Below are positions 49,718 to 58,927 of a DNA stretch of 64,000 nucleotides, piece by piece; position 1 is the stretch's first letter; the number at the start of each line of letters is the position of its first letter. Source of the DNA: Lentisphaeria bacterium (GTDB taxonomy: Bacteria > Verrucomicrobiota > Lentisphaeria > JABSQK01 > JAWLHB01); assembly GCA_041690595.1 (NCBI GenBank), contig JAWLHB010000026.1, forward strand, positions 1-64,000, written 5' to 3'. The notes under the pieces are model-generated. The model was not told the DNA's origin, made no database searches, and saw only the letters and a list, made by a program, of their open reading frames with translations. The position numbers and the translations under genes were made by a program.

Positions 49718-51213
49718 CGGCCCGCATCCTCTTCGAGTCGAAGTCCACGTTCGGCGAGGTCGAGAGCGCGTCGCATGCCGCGGCTCTTCTGGCGGGTCTC
49801 TTCGTATTCCCTGGCGGGTACGCTATCGAAGACGATCCCGGCGCCGGCGGTCACCGTTGCCTCACCATCGTCGAGAACCACCGTGCGTATGGTGATGGCC
49901 ATATCCATGATCCGCCCCCCGTAGGCAATGTACCCGAGGGCGCCGCCGTAGGGGCCGCGGCGGGTCGGCTCCTGCTCGTTGATGATCTGCATGGCGCGTA
50001 CTTTGGGCGCTCCCGATAGCGTTCCGGCGGGAAAGGTCGCCTTGAAAACATCCAGCGCGTCACAATCTTCCCGCAGTTGGGCAGTAACGTGGGAAACGAT
50101 GTGCATCACGTGCGAGTAGCGCTCGATCACCATGTAATCCGTGACGACTACGCTGCCGATTCTGGCAATGCGGCCGAGATCGTTGCGGGCCAGGTCCACG
50201 AGCATCACGTGCTCGGCCCGTTCCTTGGGATCGGCAAGCAGCTCTTCGGCGAAGGCCAGGTCCTGCTCGGGGGTCTCCCCGCGCGGCCGCGTCCCGGCGA
50301 TGGGGCGGGTCTCCGCCAGATCGTCCGTTACGCGCACCATCACTTCGGGAGAAGAACCGGCGATGGCGCGTTCGTCTTCCAGCTGCAGCAGGTACATGTA
50401 AGGAGAGGGATTGACATAGCGCAAGGCACGGTAAACATCGAGGGCGCTGGCCGTGACGTGGGTGCTGAAGTGCTGGGCCAGGACCACCTGGATGATGTCG
50501 CCATCCCGAATGTACTGCTTGCCGCTGTTGACCATCTGTTCGTAGTCATCGCGTGTGAGATTGGTTCGCATCTGCAATTTCGGGACTGAACCCGCTGGCG
50601 GCGCTATCGGCCGCGGAACAGGCGTCCGCAGGAGTTCTTCCATGGCATCGAGCTGGTCCATGCCGCTCTGATAGGCGGAATCCATGCTGTCATAGTCGCC
50701 CGGATGTATGCAGCAGACAAAGTGTATGGTGTGATCGCGGTTGTCGAAGGCGATCAGCTTGTCGGTGATGAGGAACTCGGCATCGGGAAATGCCGTGTCA
50801 TTGGGCTTGTTGTTGCCGCAACGCTCGAAGTATTGCACGGCTTCAAAGGAGAAGTAGCCAACCGCGCCGCCGAAGAATCGTGGCAGGTGCGGTACCTGCA
50901 CTGCTCGGAAGCGTCGCAGGTAGTTCTGCAGCGCGTCTACCGGGTTCCCCGGCAAGGCTACCTCCATCTCTCCCTGACGCAGGATGGCCTGACCGTCGCG
51001 AATGATGAATTGCTTGCGAATGTCGAAGCCGAGAATGGAGAACCGACCCCATTTCTCGCCCCCTTCGACGGACTCGAGCAGGAAATAGGGACCCTGTTCC
51101 TGTAGTCGGGCCGCGATGGTGATGGGGGTTTCCACATCGGCAACCTGAGTCCGCACAAGCGGAATGACATTGTAATCGCGGCTCAGTTGCTGAAATCGAT
51201 CGAGGCTGATCAT
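49714..51213 (-). CDS. trpE: Anthranilate synthase component I
   Basis: FLLESVEGGE..GRFS, NPSPYM, GSSPE, PIAGTR, KERAEHVMLVDLARND, FPAGTLSGAPK. Confidence 0.94.
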   Translation of the reverse strand: MISLDRFQQLSRDYNVIPLVRTQVADVETPITIAARLQEQGPYFLLESVEGGEKWGRFSILGFDIRKQFIIRDGQAILRQGEMEVALPGNPVDALQNYLRRFRAVQVPHLPRFFGGAVGYFSFEAVQYFERCGNNKPNDTAFPDAEFLITDKLIAFDNRDHTIHFVCCIHPGDYDSMDSAYQSGMDQLDAMEELLRTPVPRPIAPPAGSVPKLQMRTNLTRDDYEQMVNSGKQYIRDGDIIQVVLAQHFSTHVTASALDVYRALRYVNPSPYMYLLQLEDERAIAGSSPEVMVRVTDDLAETRPIAGTRPRGETPEQDLAFAEELLADPKERAEHVMLVDLARNDLGRIARIGSVVVTDYMVIERYSHVMHIVSHVTAQLREDCDALDVFKATFPAGTLSGAPKVRAMQIINEQEPTRRGPYGGALGYIAYGGRIMDMAITIRTVVLDDGEATVTAGAGIVFDSVPAREYEETRQKSRGMRRALDLAERGLRLEEDAGR

Positions 51214-51437
51214 AGATGGAGAAGGTATGGCCTTTCGCCCGCCACTCGTGGAAGTTTATGAAAGCAAAGTATATCGCAGGGAGATGGAAATTAAAGCTCC
51301 CGGCGCCAAAAAAGCCGGCTGTGGGCAGAAGGAAAGTGCAATCGCCCATTGCCTGCTTGATGTATACCCGGCGTGATGCCCGCGGTCGAGGTGCGCGCGG
51401 TGGCTTGCGGCGGCCTCCATGTTGCATTTGAATCACG

Positions 51438-54400
51438 ATGCAGGGTAAAGTAAGCAAATTTATCCTGGATGCGAGGCATAGGATGGTCGACGAGGCGTGT
51501 GAGGGCGTGTACCCCTCTCCAAACATTATTGTGAATGAAGGCGGAGCGTGCACCTCTCCGCCCAACTCCGCGCGCATGGGGAGATGGAGCCTCAACTGGC
51601 CAGCCGGCCGGATCTGTTGTGATGAGCTTTGTCGGCAGATCCTTGCCCTCCATGGAAGCACGGACCCCAGTATGGAGGAGCTCATTCTGCTTGTGGAGCC
51701 TGCTTTTCGAGCGCGCGTCCGCGAGGCGCTGGCACATACTTCACAATCCGCGGAGAGTTCTTTTTTCAACATCGAATATCCCCTCCGGCCGGTTGCCGAT
51801 CGACAGACGCCGGTCTGGGTGCGGATGATTGGTCTGACAGTCTCACCAGAGCATGATTCGGCATCGAGCATGACAGGCGTGATTGAGGATGTGACCGAGG
51901 ATCGCCTGGAGCGGGATTGGCAGGCCAACTTGCTCCGTGACCATGAGCAGGCGCGGCGTGACCTGCAGGACAGCCGCGGCCGCATGCAGGCCATTCTCGA
52001 CAACCTTCCCGTCGGCGTCTGGTTTGCCAGTCAGGATGGAGGCATCGACTATGGGAACGCCGCCGGCAAGATGATCTGGAGTGGTGCTCGTTATGTTCCG
52101 CGGGAGCAATTCAGCGAGTACAAGGCGTGGGCGTATGAGACGGGAAAGGAGATCGCGGCGGATGAATGGGCGGCCACGAGAGCCCTCTCCCGCGGAGAAA
52201 CCACCCTCAACGAACTCCTCAAGATCAAGTGCTTTGACAATACCAGCAAGATAATCCGCAACTCCGCCGTGCCCCTTTTTGACGAGAATGGCGCAGTCAC
52301 CGGATGCGTCATCCTCAATGAAGATATCACGGAAAAGCTGCAGGCGGAAGAGGCATTGCGTGAACGCGAGCAACGCTACAGAATAGCCGTTGAAGGGGCG
52401 GGGCTCGGCACGTGGGACTGGGATGCGACGGCCGGTACCTTCGTCTGGAATGACCACATGTTTGACCTGTGGCAACTGCCCCGGGAGACGCCCCCCTCTC
52501 CAGCTCTGGTGCGGCGGCGCATTCATCCATCGGATCGCCGAAAACTCTTCACCGCTGTCCGCGACGCCTTCCAGAACGGCTGGATCGATGTGGAGCTCCG
52601 CATCGCCACTACCACCTGGGTGCGCCTCCAGGGACAGGTCGTCTTCGACGAGCACTCGCGGGTGAAGCGAATGATCGGCATCTGCATCGACATGACAGAG
52701 CTGCGGCGCAACGAACTGGAGCTGCTCGAAAGCAATCGACGATTCAGGAGCACCTTCGAGAATGCCGCGGTAGGCATGGCTCACGTCTCGCTGGACGGGC
52801 GGTTTATCCGCGTGAACGACACGTTGTGCGAAATCACGGGGCGCCCGCGCGAGGAACTGCATGCAGTCAGCTTCTCGGATATCACCCATCCGGAAGACGT
52901 CGATCAGGATCTGCACTTTGCCGATCAACTTCGCGAAGGGGTTATCGCGAGCTATTCCATGGACAAACGATATGTGCGGGCGGACGGGAGCTATGTATGG
53001 GTCGCGCTCACCGGATCCTTGCAGCGTAGACTGGATGGAGAGCCCGAATACTTCATTGCCGTCATCGAGGAGATCGACTCTCGCAAGCGTGCCGAGGAGG
53101 CTCTGCGCTTCAGTGAGGACCGTTTCCGCGAAGCCTTCGAACGCGCCCCCATCGGCATGCTCCTCGCCACCACGTCCGGACGCTTTCTGCACGTCAACAA
53201 AGCCTATTGCGAACTCACCGGCTATACTGCTCAGGAGCTTCTGGCTGGCGATATGACCTTCATGAGCATTACGCATCCAGACGATGTCGGCGACAATCTC
53301 GAAGAGTATCAGGCCCTGCTTGACGGCAGGATCGAGGCCTTCTACTTCGAGAAACGGTACATCCGCAAGGATGGACACATTGTGTGGGTTCGTGCCAGTG
53401 CCACCTTGCGACCCGACCTTGAAAATCATGGCCGACAGATCGTCGGCATCGTCGAGAATATCACCGGGCGGGTGCTGGCCGAAAAGGCCTTGCGCGACAG
53501 TGAGGCTCAGTTGGCCATGCTCAATCAGAGTCTCGAGCAGCGCGTTGCCGACCGCACCGAGCAGGCTCGGAAGCTGGCGGCGCAGCTGCGCGCTCTTGCG
53601 GCGGAACTGACACAGGTCGAGCAGCGCGAACGCAAACGCCTCGCGACCGTGTTGCACGACCACCTTCAGCAACTGCTGGTAGCCGCCCGCATGCAATTGG
53701 AATGTGGGGGCAAGAGCGAGGGCGGCCAGCGTCTGGCCGAAGCCTCGCGCGTTGCTGACGAGATTCTGTGCGATGCGATCGAGGTGGCGCGCTCGCTGAC
53801 TGTCGAGCTCAGTCCCCCCGTTCTGCATGATGCGGGACTGGCTGGTGGTTTGGCGTGGCTGGCCAAGTGGCTCGGCCGCTCTGGAACCTTCACCGTCGAC
53901 CTGCGAGCCGATCCTGCTGCCGAGCCCGATCGAGAAGAACTGCGCTACCTGCTCTTCGAATGTACCCGCGAACTGTTGCTCAATGTGATCAAGCACGCTG
54001 GCGTCGACCGCGCATGCGTCACCATGAAAGTGAGCGACGAGTGGCAGACCTGCATTGTGGTGAAAGACGAAGGACGCGGATTTGACGACAATGCCATGCA
54101 AGCAAGAACCACCGAGAGTGTCAGCTTTGGCTTGTTCAGCATTCAGCAGAGACTTGCTCATTTCAAGGGAAAGATGGTGGTGGAGTCGAAACCTGGCGAA
54201 GGCGCCACCGTTACACTGACCGTTCCACACACCCTCCCGCGACGCTCCCTCATGCCGGATCAACGCAATGTGACGCATGATCGACATGCGCCGGCATCAC
54301 GCAGGCGCCTGCCCGGGATTTTCCACGTTGTGTTGGTCGACGATCATCAAATCCTCCGTGAAGGGCTGGGAGGATTGCTTCGCCTGGAGCCGGATATCGA

Positions 54401-54689
54401 GGTCGTCGGCGAAGCCGCCGATGGCGCCGCGGCTTTGCGCCTCGTTGATGAGTTGCAGCCCGATGTCGTGGTTCTCGATATCAATCTCCCGGACATCAGC
54501 GGCATCGAGATTGCGAGGGTGATCCACAGAGACTATCCCCGCACCCGCATCGTCGCGTTGTCCATGCACAATGACAGCGAAATGTCGGCAGCCATGATAC
54601 GTGCCGGCGCGGAGGCTTATCTGACCAAGGGCGGCCCCTCCGATCACCTGCTGGCAGCCATACGCGCCAGGTACGAGAAGACGGTCTGA
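51438..54689 (+). CDS. Multi-PAS hybrid sensor histidine kinase (HisKA_3) with C-terminal receiver domain
   Basis: Several PAS/PAC repeats (THPED, THPDD, KRY.R.DG..VWV), ERKRLA..LHD, N..KHA, D.GRGF, REC VDDH..LDINLP..K; start uncertain. Confidence 0.9.
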   Translation: MQGKVSKFILDARHRMVDEACEGVYPSPNIIVNEGGACTSPPNSARMGRWSLNWPAGRICCDELCRQILALHGSTDPSMEELILLVEPAFRARVREALAHTSQSAESSFFNIEYPLRPVADRQTPVWVRMIGLTVSPEHDSASSMTGVIEDVTEDRLERDWQANLLRDHEQARRDLQDSRGRMQAILDNLPVGVWFASQDGGIDYGNAAGKMIWSGARYVPREQFSEYKAWAYETGKEIAADEWAATRALSRGETTLNELLKIKCFDNTSKIIRNSAVPLFDENGAVTGCVILNEDITEKLQAEEALREREQRYRIAVEGAGLGTWDWDATAGTFVWNDHMFDLWQLPRETPPSPALVRRRIHPSDRRKLFTAVRDAFQNGWIDVELRIATTTWVRLQGQVVFDEHSRVKRMIGICIDMTELRRNELELLESNRRFRSTFENAAVGMAHVSLDGRFIRVNDTLCEITGRPREELHAVSFSDITHPEDVDQDLHFADQLREGVIASYSMDKRYVRADGSYVWVALTGSLQRRLDGEPEYFIAVIEEIDSRKRAEEALRFSEDRFREAFERAPIGMLLATTSGRFLHVNKAYCELTGYTAQELLAGDMTFMSITHPDDVGDNLEEYQALLDGRIEAFYFEKRYIRKDGHIVWVRASATLRPDLENHGRQIVGIVENITGRVLAEKALRDSEAQLAMLNQSLEQRVADRTEQARKLAAQLRALAAELTQVEQRERKRLATVLHDHLQQLLVAARMQLECGGKSEGGQRLAEASRVADEILCDAIEVARSLTVELSPPVLHDAGLAGGLAWLAKWLGRSGTFTVDLRADPAAEPDREELRYLLFECTRELLLNVIKHAGVDRACVTMKVSDEWQTCIVVKDEGRGFDDNAMQARTTESVSFGLFSIQQRLAHFKGKMVVESKPGEGATVTLTVPHTLPRRSLMPDQRNVTHDRHAPASRRRLPGIFHVVLVDDHQILREGLGGLLRLEPDIEVVGEAADGAAALRLVDELQPDVVVLDINLPDISGIEIARVIHRDYPRTRIVALSMHNDSEMSAAMIRAGAEAYLTKGGPSDHLLAAIRARYEKTV

Positions 54690-54763
54690 TTTGCCCCCAG
54701 CCTCCTTTTTCGGTTATCTTGGGTAAAAGGGAAAACCGAAAACGAACCACGAAGAGCCTTTTC

Positions 54764-56020
54764 ATGCCGGAACGAACTGGATTTGTGTCGACACGCTTTG
54801 CCGGTACTGATGGCGTCTCTCTGGAGGCAGCCAAATGGGCCGAGGTCCTGTGGAAGGACAAGCATGTCAGTTTCTGGTATGGCGGCAAGCTCGATACGGA
54901 TCCGGGGGTCAGTTACTGCGTACCTGAAGCCCATTTCGAGCATCCCGAGATTGCCTGGATCAATCACAACATCTGGGGCGGCAACTATCGCAGCCGCAAG
55001 GTCAGCGAACGCATCCATGACGTCGCCAACTACCTGAAGGGTACCCTCTACCGATTCGTCGAGGAGTACGAACTGACCCTCCTCGTTTTCCAGAACGTGC
55101 TCAGCATCCCCATGCACATCCCGCTCGGCATTGCCAGCACCGAATTCCTCGCTGAAACCCATCTGCCGGCCGTCGCTCATCACCATGATTTCTATTGGGA
55201 GCGAAGCCGGTTTCAGCGTAGCGCCATCAATGACTACCTCGAGAAGTGCTTCCCACCGCGTATCCCGGAGCTTCAGCATGCGGTCATCAACCAGACCGCC
55301 CGCGATGAACTCGCCTGGCGAAAAGGCATCTCCTCCATGCTCGTTCCCAACGTCTTCGACTTCGCCAATGCGCCCCCACCCGTCGACGACTATACCCGCA
55401 ATCTGCGCGAGGACATCGGCCTCAAGCCGGGCGACATCATGGTCTTGCAGCCGACCCGCATTGTCCCGCGCAAAGGCATCGAACACGCGATTCAGCTCCT
55501 CCACCTGCTGCACGATGACCGCTTCAAGCTGGTCATCTCCCATGCCGCGGGCGACGAGGGTATGGAATACTTCAACATGATCGACGAGCTCGCCCGTTCA
55601 CGGGACGTCGATATCCGCTATATCAGTGATCGTATCGGTGAAAAGCGCCAGATCGACATTCGCGGGCGCCAGACCTACACGTTGTGGGATCTGTACCCAC
55701 ATGCCGATCTGGTGACCTATCCTAGCCTGTATGAGGGGTTCGGCAATGCTTTTCTGGAAGCATGCTACTTCCGCAAGCCGATCGTCATCAATCGCTATCC
55801 AGTCTTCGAACGCGATATCGAACCACTCGATTTCGACATGCTTGCCTTCGACGGCTTTCCCACCTCTCGGCTTGTTCCGCGGATACGGCGCGTCCTGGAG
55901 GACGAGGGGTATCGCCAGGAGATGGTCGAGCACAATTACCAAGTCGCGGCCAAGTACTTCAGCTACGAGGTGCTGCACCGCAAGTTGCGTTCGCTGATCA
56001 GTATCAAACAAGTCCTTTGA
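54764..56020 (+). CDS. GT4 glycosyltransferase, mannosylglucosylglycerate(-phosphate) synthase-like
   Basis: GFVSTRFAGTDGVSLEAAKW, HHHDFYWER, PTRIVPRKGIE, YPSLYEGFGNAFLEA. Confidence 0.75.
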   Translation: MPERTGFVSTRFAGTDGVSLEAAKWAEVLWKDKHVSFWYGGKLDTDPGVSYCVPEAHFEHPEIAWINHNIWGGNYRSRKVSERIHDVANYLKGTLYRFVEEYELTLLVFQNVLSIPMHIPLGIASTEFLAETHLPAVAHHHDFYWERSRFQRSAINDYLEKCFPPRIPELQHAVINQTARDELAWRKGISSMLVPNVFDFANAPPPVDDYTRNLREDIGLKPGDIMVLQPTRIVPRKGIEHAIQLLHLLHDDRFKLVISHAAGDEGMEYFNMIDELARSRDVDIRYISDRIGEKRQIDIRGRQTYTLWDLYPHADLVTYPSLYEGFGNAFLEACYFRKPIVINRYPVFERDIEPLDFDMLAFDGFPTSRLVPRIRRVLEDEGYRQEMVEHNYQVAAKYFSYEVLHRKLRSLISIKQVL

Positions 56021-56033
56021 GGATACCCGTACC

Positions 56034-57782
56034 ATGCGTTTGAGGTCCAATCTGCATCCTGCCATGTATCGCCTCCGCGACCGCTTTGGCAGGCTCTACG
56101 GTGAGCACCAGAAGGACCTGCTCACCGAGCGGCTCAACATGATGTTCGGCCGCTACGGCCTCGGCTACGGACCGCTTTCCGATTCGCCCCGGTGGAGCGA
56201 GAAGAGCACCGTGCTGATCACCTACGCCGACATGATACGCGGTGAGAAGGATACTCCCCTCATGGCCCTCAAGCGATTCGCCGACAAGCGCCTGCAGGGG
56301 ATGTTCAGCGCCATTCACATACTGCCCTTCGCGCCCTATTCCTCCGACGACGGCTTCTCCGTCATCGACTATCGCAAGGTCAATCCCGAGTTCGGCACTT
56401 GGGGCGATATCGGCCAGCTAAACGCCAACTTCGACCTCATGTTCGATCTCGTTCTCAATCACTGCAGTCGCGAAAGCAGGTGGTTCAAGGACTTCCTCAA
56501 TGGCATCGCTCCCGAACGACACTATTTCCATGCAGTCGAGCCCAGTGCCGACCTCAGCATGGTCGTGCGCCCGCGAAGTCTACCGCTGCTCACCCCTTAC
56601 CAGACGATAAACGGCCTCAAGCACATCTGGACCACCTTCAGCGACGATCAGGTCGACCTCAATTTCTCCAATGCCGATGTGCTCTTCGAGTTCCTCGACA
56701 TCCTCATGCTCTACGTTCACTATGGCGCACGCATGATCCGCCTTGACGCGATCGCCTTCCTGTGGAAACAGATAGGGACCAACTGCCTGCACCTGCCGGA
56801 GACGCACGAAGTCGTCAAGGTCTTCCGCGACTTTCTCGAGATGCTGGCCCCCGAGGTGATCCTTGTCACCGAGACCAATGTGCCGCATGAGGAGAACATC
56901 AGCTACTTCGGCAAGGGCGACGAAGCCCACATGGTCTACCAGTTCCCGCTACCGCCCCTGCTGCTTCACGCTCTCCTGCGCGGCAGTGGCAAGGTCTTGA
57001 CGGAGTGGGCCGCCGGTCTCGCCACCCCGCCGGCCGGCTGCACCTTCTTCAACTTCACGGCTTCTCATGATGGCATCGGCGTACGTCCGCTCGAAGGCCT
57101 CCTCCCTCAGGAGGAAATCGACCGCGTGGTGGAGAATGTGCGCGAGCGGGGTGGGCGCATCAATACCCGGCGCCTCAGTGATGGCACCGACAAGCCGTAC
57201 GAGCTCAATATTACCTACTTCGATGCCCTCGCGGACCCCGCCAATGCCAGCGCCAGCTTGCACATAGCACGTTTCATCTGCTCGCAGACAATCATGGTTG
57301 CGCTGCAAGGCATTCCCGGCGTCTATTTTCACAGCATCACGGGAACCCGCAACTGGACAGCGGGCGTTGAGCAGAGCGGCCACAACCGCACCATCAATCG
57401 CCGCAAATGGAGCGAGATCGAGCTGCGCGAGCAGCTTGGCCGTGGCAGCAGCACGACGGCCCGCGTCTTCAAAGCCTACTCGCGTCTCCTTTCCTGTCGG
57501 CGCGCCAATCCAGCCTTTCATCCTGAGTCGCCCCAGACTATCCTGCATCTCGGCGATGAACTCTTCGCGCTGCAACGCGAGAGCATCCATGACGGCCGCC
57601 CCGTCGTCTGTCTCCACAACCTCACGGCTGCCACGATTCACGTTCAACTGACCAGCGATGCCAGCGCCCTCGATGTCAACGCCGGTGTGTTCGATCTGCT
57701 CGGCGAGGAGCCGGTCGATCTGGGGAACGGCGCGCTGACTCTGGCGCCATACCAGTGCCGCTGGCTCACGTCTCAGGTCTGA
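56034..57782 (+). CDS. GH13_18 sugar phosphorylase, probably glucosylglycerate phosphorylase
   Basis: HILPF.PYSSDDGF, RLDAIAFLWK, TETNVP, FTASHDGIG, KPYELN. Confidence 0.85.
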   Translation: MRLRSNLHPAMYRLRDRFGRLYGEHQKDLLTERLNMMFGRYGLGYGPLSDSPRWSEKSTVLITYADMIRGEKDTPLMALKRFADKRLQGMFSAIHILPFAPYSSDDGFSVIDYRKVNPEFGTWGDIGQLNANFDLMFDLVLNHCSRESRWFKDFLNGIAPERHYFHAVEPSADLSMVVRPRSLPLLTPYQTINGLKHIWTTFSDDQVDLNFSNADVLFEFLDILMLYVHYGARMIRLDAIAFLWKQIGTNCLHLPETHEVVKVFRDFLEMLAPEVILVTETNVPHEENISYFGKGDEAHMVYQFPLPPLLLHALLRGSGKVLTEWAAGLATPPAGCTFFNFTASHDGIGVRPLEGLLPQEEIDRVVENVRERGGRINTRRLSDGTDKPYELNITYFDALADPANASASLHIARFICSQTIMVALQGIPGVYFHSITGTRNWTAGVEQSGHNRTINRRKWSEIELREQLGRGSSTTARVFKAYSRLLSCRRANPAFHPESPQTILHLGDELFALQRESIHDGRPVVCLHNLTAATIHVQLTSDASALDVNAGVFDLLGEEPVDLGNGALTLAPYQCRWLTSQV

Positions 57783-57871
57783 CAGGATCGGATTCGGCCA
57801 TTTGTCGAATCCGTGGTTGCCATATGCCGGGGCGCGGTATACCCTTCTTCAAACCAAAGGGGAGCTGCATC

Positions 57872-58918
57872 ATGGAGCGGTTGAAAATCGGTATTGTGGG
57901 GCTGAACTTCGGCAGGCACATTGTGGAACAGGTATCCCGCGGCGACGGCGCTGCCTGGTTCGAGCTTGCCGCCTTGTGCGATCTGGACGGCGAAAAGGCA
58001 CGGGCCCAGGCGCAACCGCTTGGCGTCGATGCCTACGATTCCCTGCGGGATCTTCTCGCCCGCGACGATATCCCCGTCATCGGCCTGTTCACCGGCCCCA
58101 ATGGCCGCGCCAGACTAATCCGGGAGATCATGGCGGCCGGAAAGGATATCATCACCACCAAGCCTTTTGAAGCCAATGCCGATGAGGCCTTGGCGGTGTT
58201 GCAAGAGGCCAGGCAGCAGGGCAGGGTGGTGCATCTGAACTCCCCGGCCCCCATGCCCAGCGGCGACCTGAAGCAGATAAACGCCTGGCGCGAGCAGTAC
58301 AATCTCGGCCGCCCCGTTGGGTGTCGTCTCGACGTGTGGGGCGATTACCACGAGAAGGCCAACGGCAGCTGGTACGATGACCCGGAACTCTGTCCTGTCG
58401 CGCCCATCTACCGCCTTGGCATCTACATGATCAATGACCTCATCCGTCTGCTCGGCGTGCCCGAGACGGTGCAGGTGCTGCACAGCCGCATTCGCACCGG
58501 TCGCCCGACTCCCGACAATGCCCAGCTTGGCATCGCCTTTGCGAATGGCTGCCTTGCCAACATCTTCGCTTCGTTCTGCGTTGACGATGGCCAATACTAT
58601 GCCAACACCATGATCCTCAACTTCGAGCGCGGAACCATCTACCGCAACATCGGCCCCCTCGAGTACGGCTTGGCATGCGACCAGGGGGCCACCATGTCGC
58701 TGGTGACGGTGACCGGCGAACGCCACTCCACCATTCTGCGCCAGAACGTCGGTTCAGGCAGCGGCCATTATCAGTGGGAGAACTTCCATCGCGCCGTAAA
58801 GGGCGAGCTCCTCGAGGGCGCCATCACGCCCGAAGAGGTCGCGCTTGGCGTCCGCGTCATCGAAGCCATGAAGCTGGCCGAGCGCACCGGTAGCTCGACT
58901 GCCGTCGCGCCACTCTGA
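57872..58918 (+). CDS. Gfo/Idh/MocA family oxidoreductase
   Basis: KIGIVGLNFG, GKDIITTKPF, GSWYDDPE.CP.AP..RLGIY. Confidence 0.85.
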   Translation: MERLKIGIVGLNFGRHIVEQVSRGDGAAWFELAALCDLDGEKARAQAQPLGVDAYDSLRDLLARDDIPVIGLFTGPNGRARLIREIMAAGKDIITTKPFEANADEALAVLQEARQQGRVVHLNSPAPMPSGDLKQINAWREQYNLGRPVGCRLDVWGDYHEKANGSWYDDPELCPVAPIYRLGIYMINDLIRLLGVPETVQVLHSRIRTGRPTPDNAQLGIAFANGCLANIFASFCVDDGQYYANTMILNFERGTIYRNIGPLEYGLACDQGATMSLVTVTGERHSTILRQNVGSGSGHYQWENFHRAVKGELLEGAITPEEVALGVRVIEAMKLAERTGSSTAVAPL

Positions 58919-58927
58919 TCGGCTTTT

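Noticed and set aside
51214..51437. trp attenuator leader peptide
   Set aside because: The only short minus-strand ORF found has a single Trp codon and there is no convincing terminator/antiterminator set
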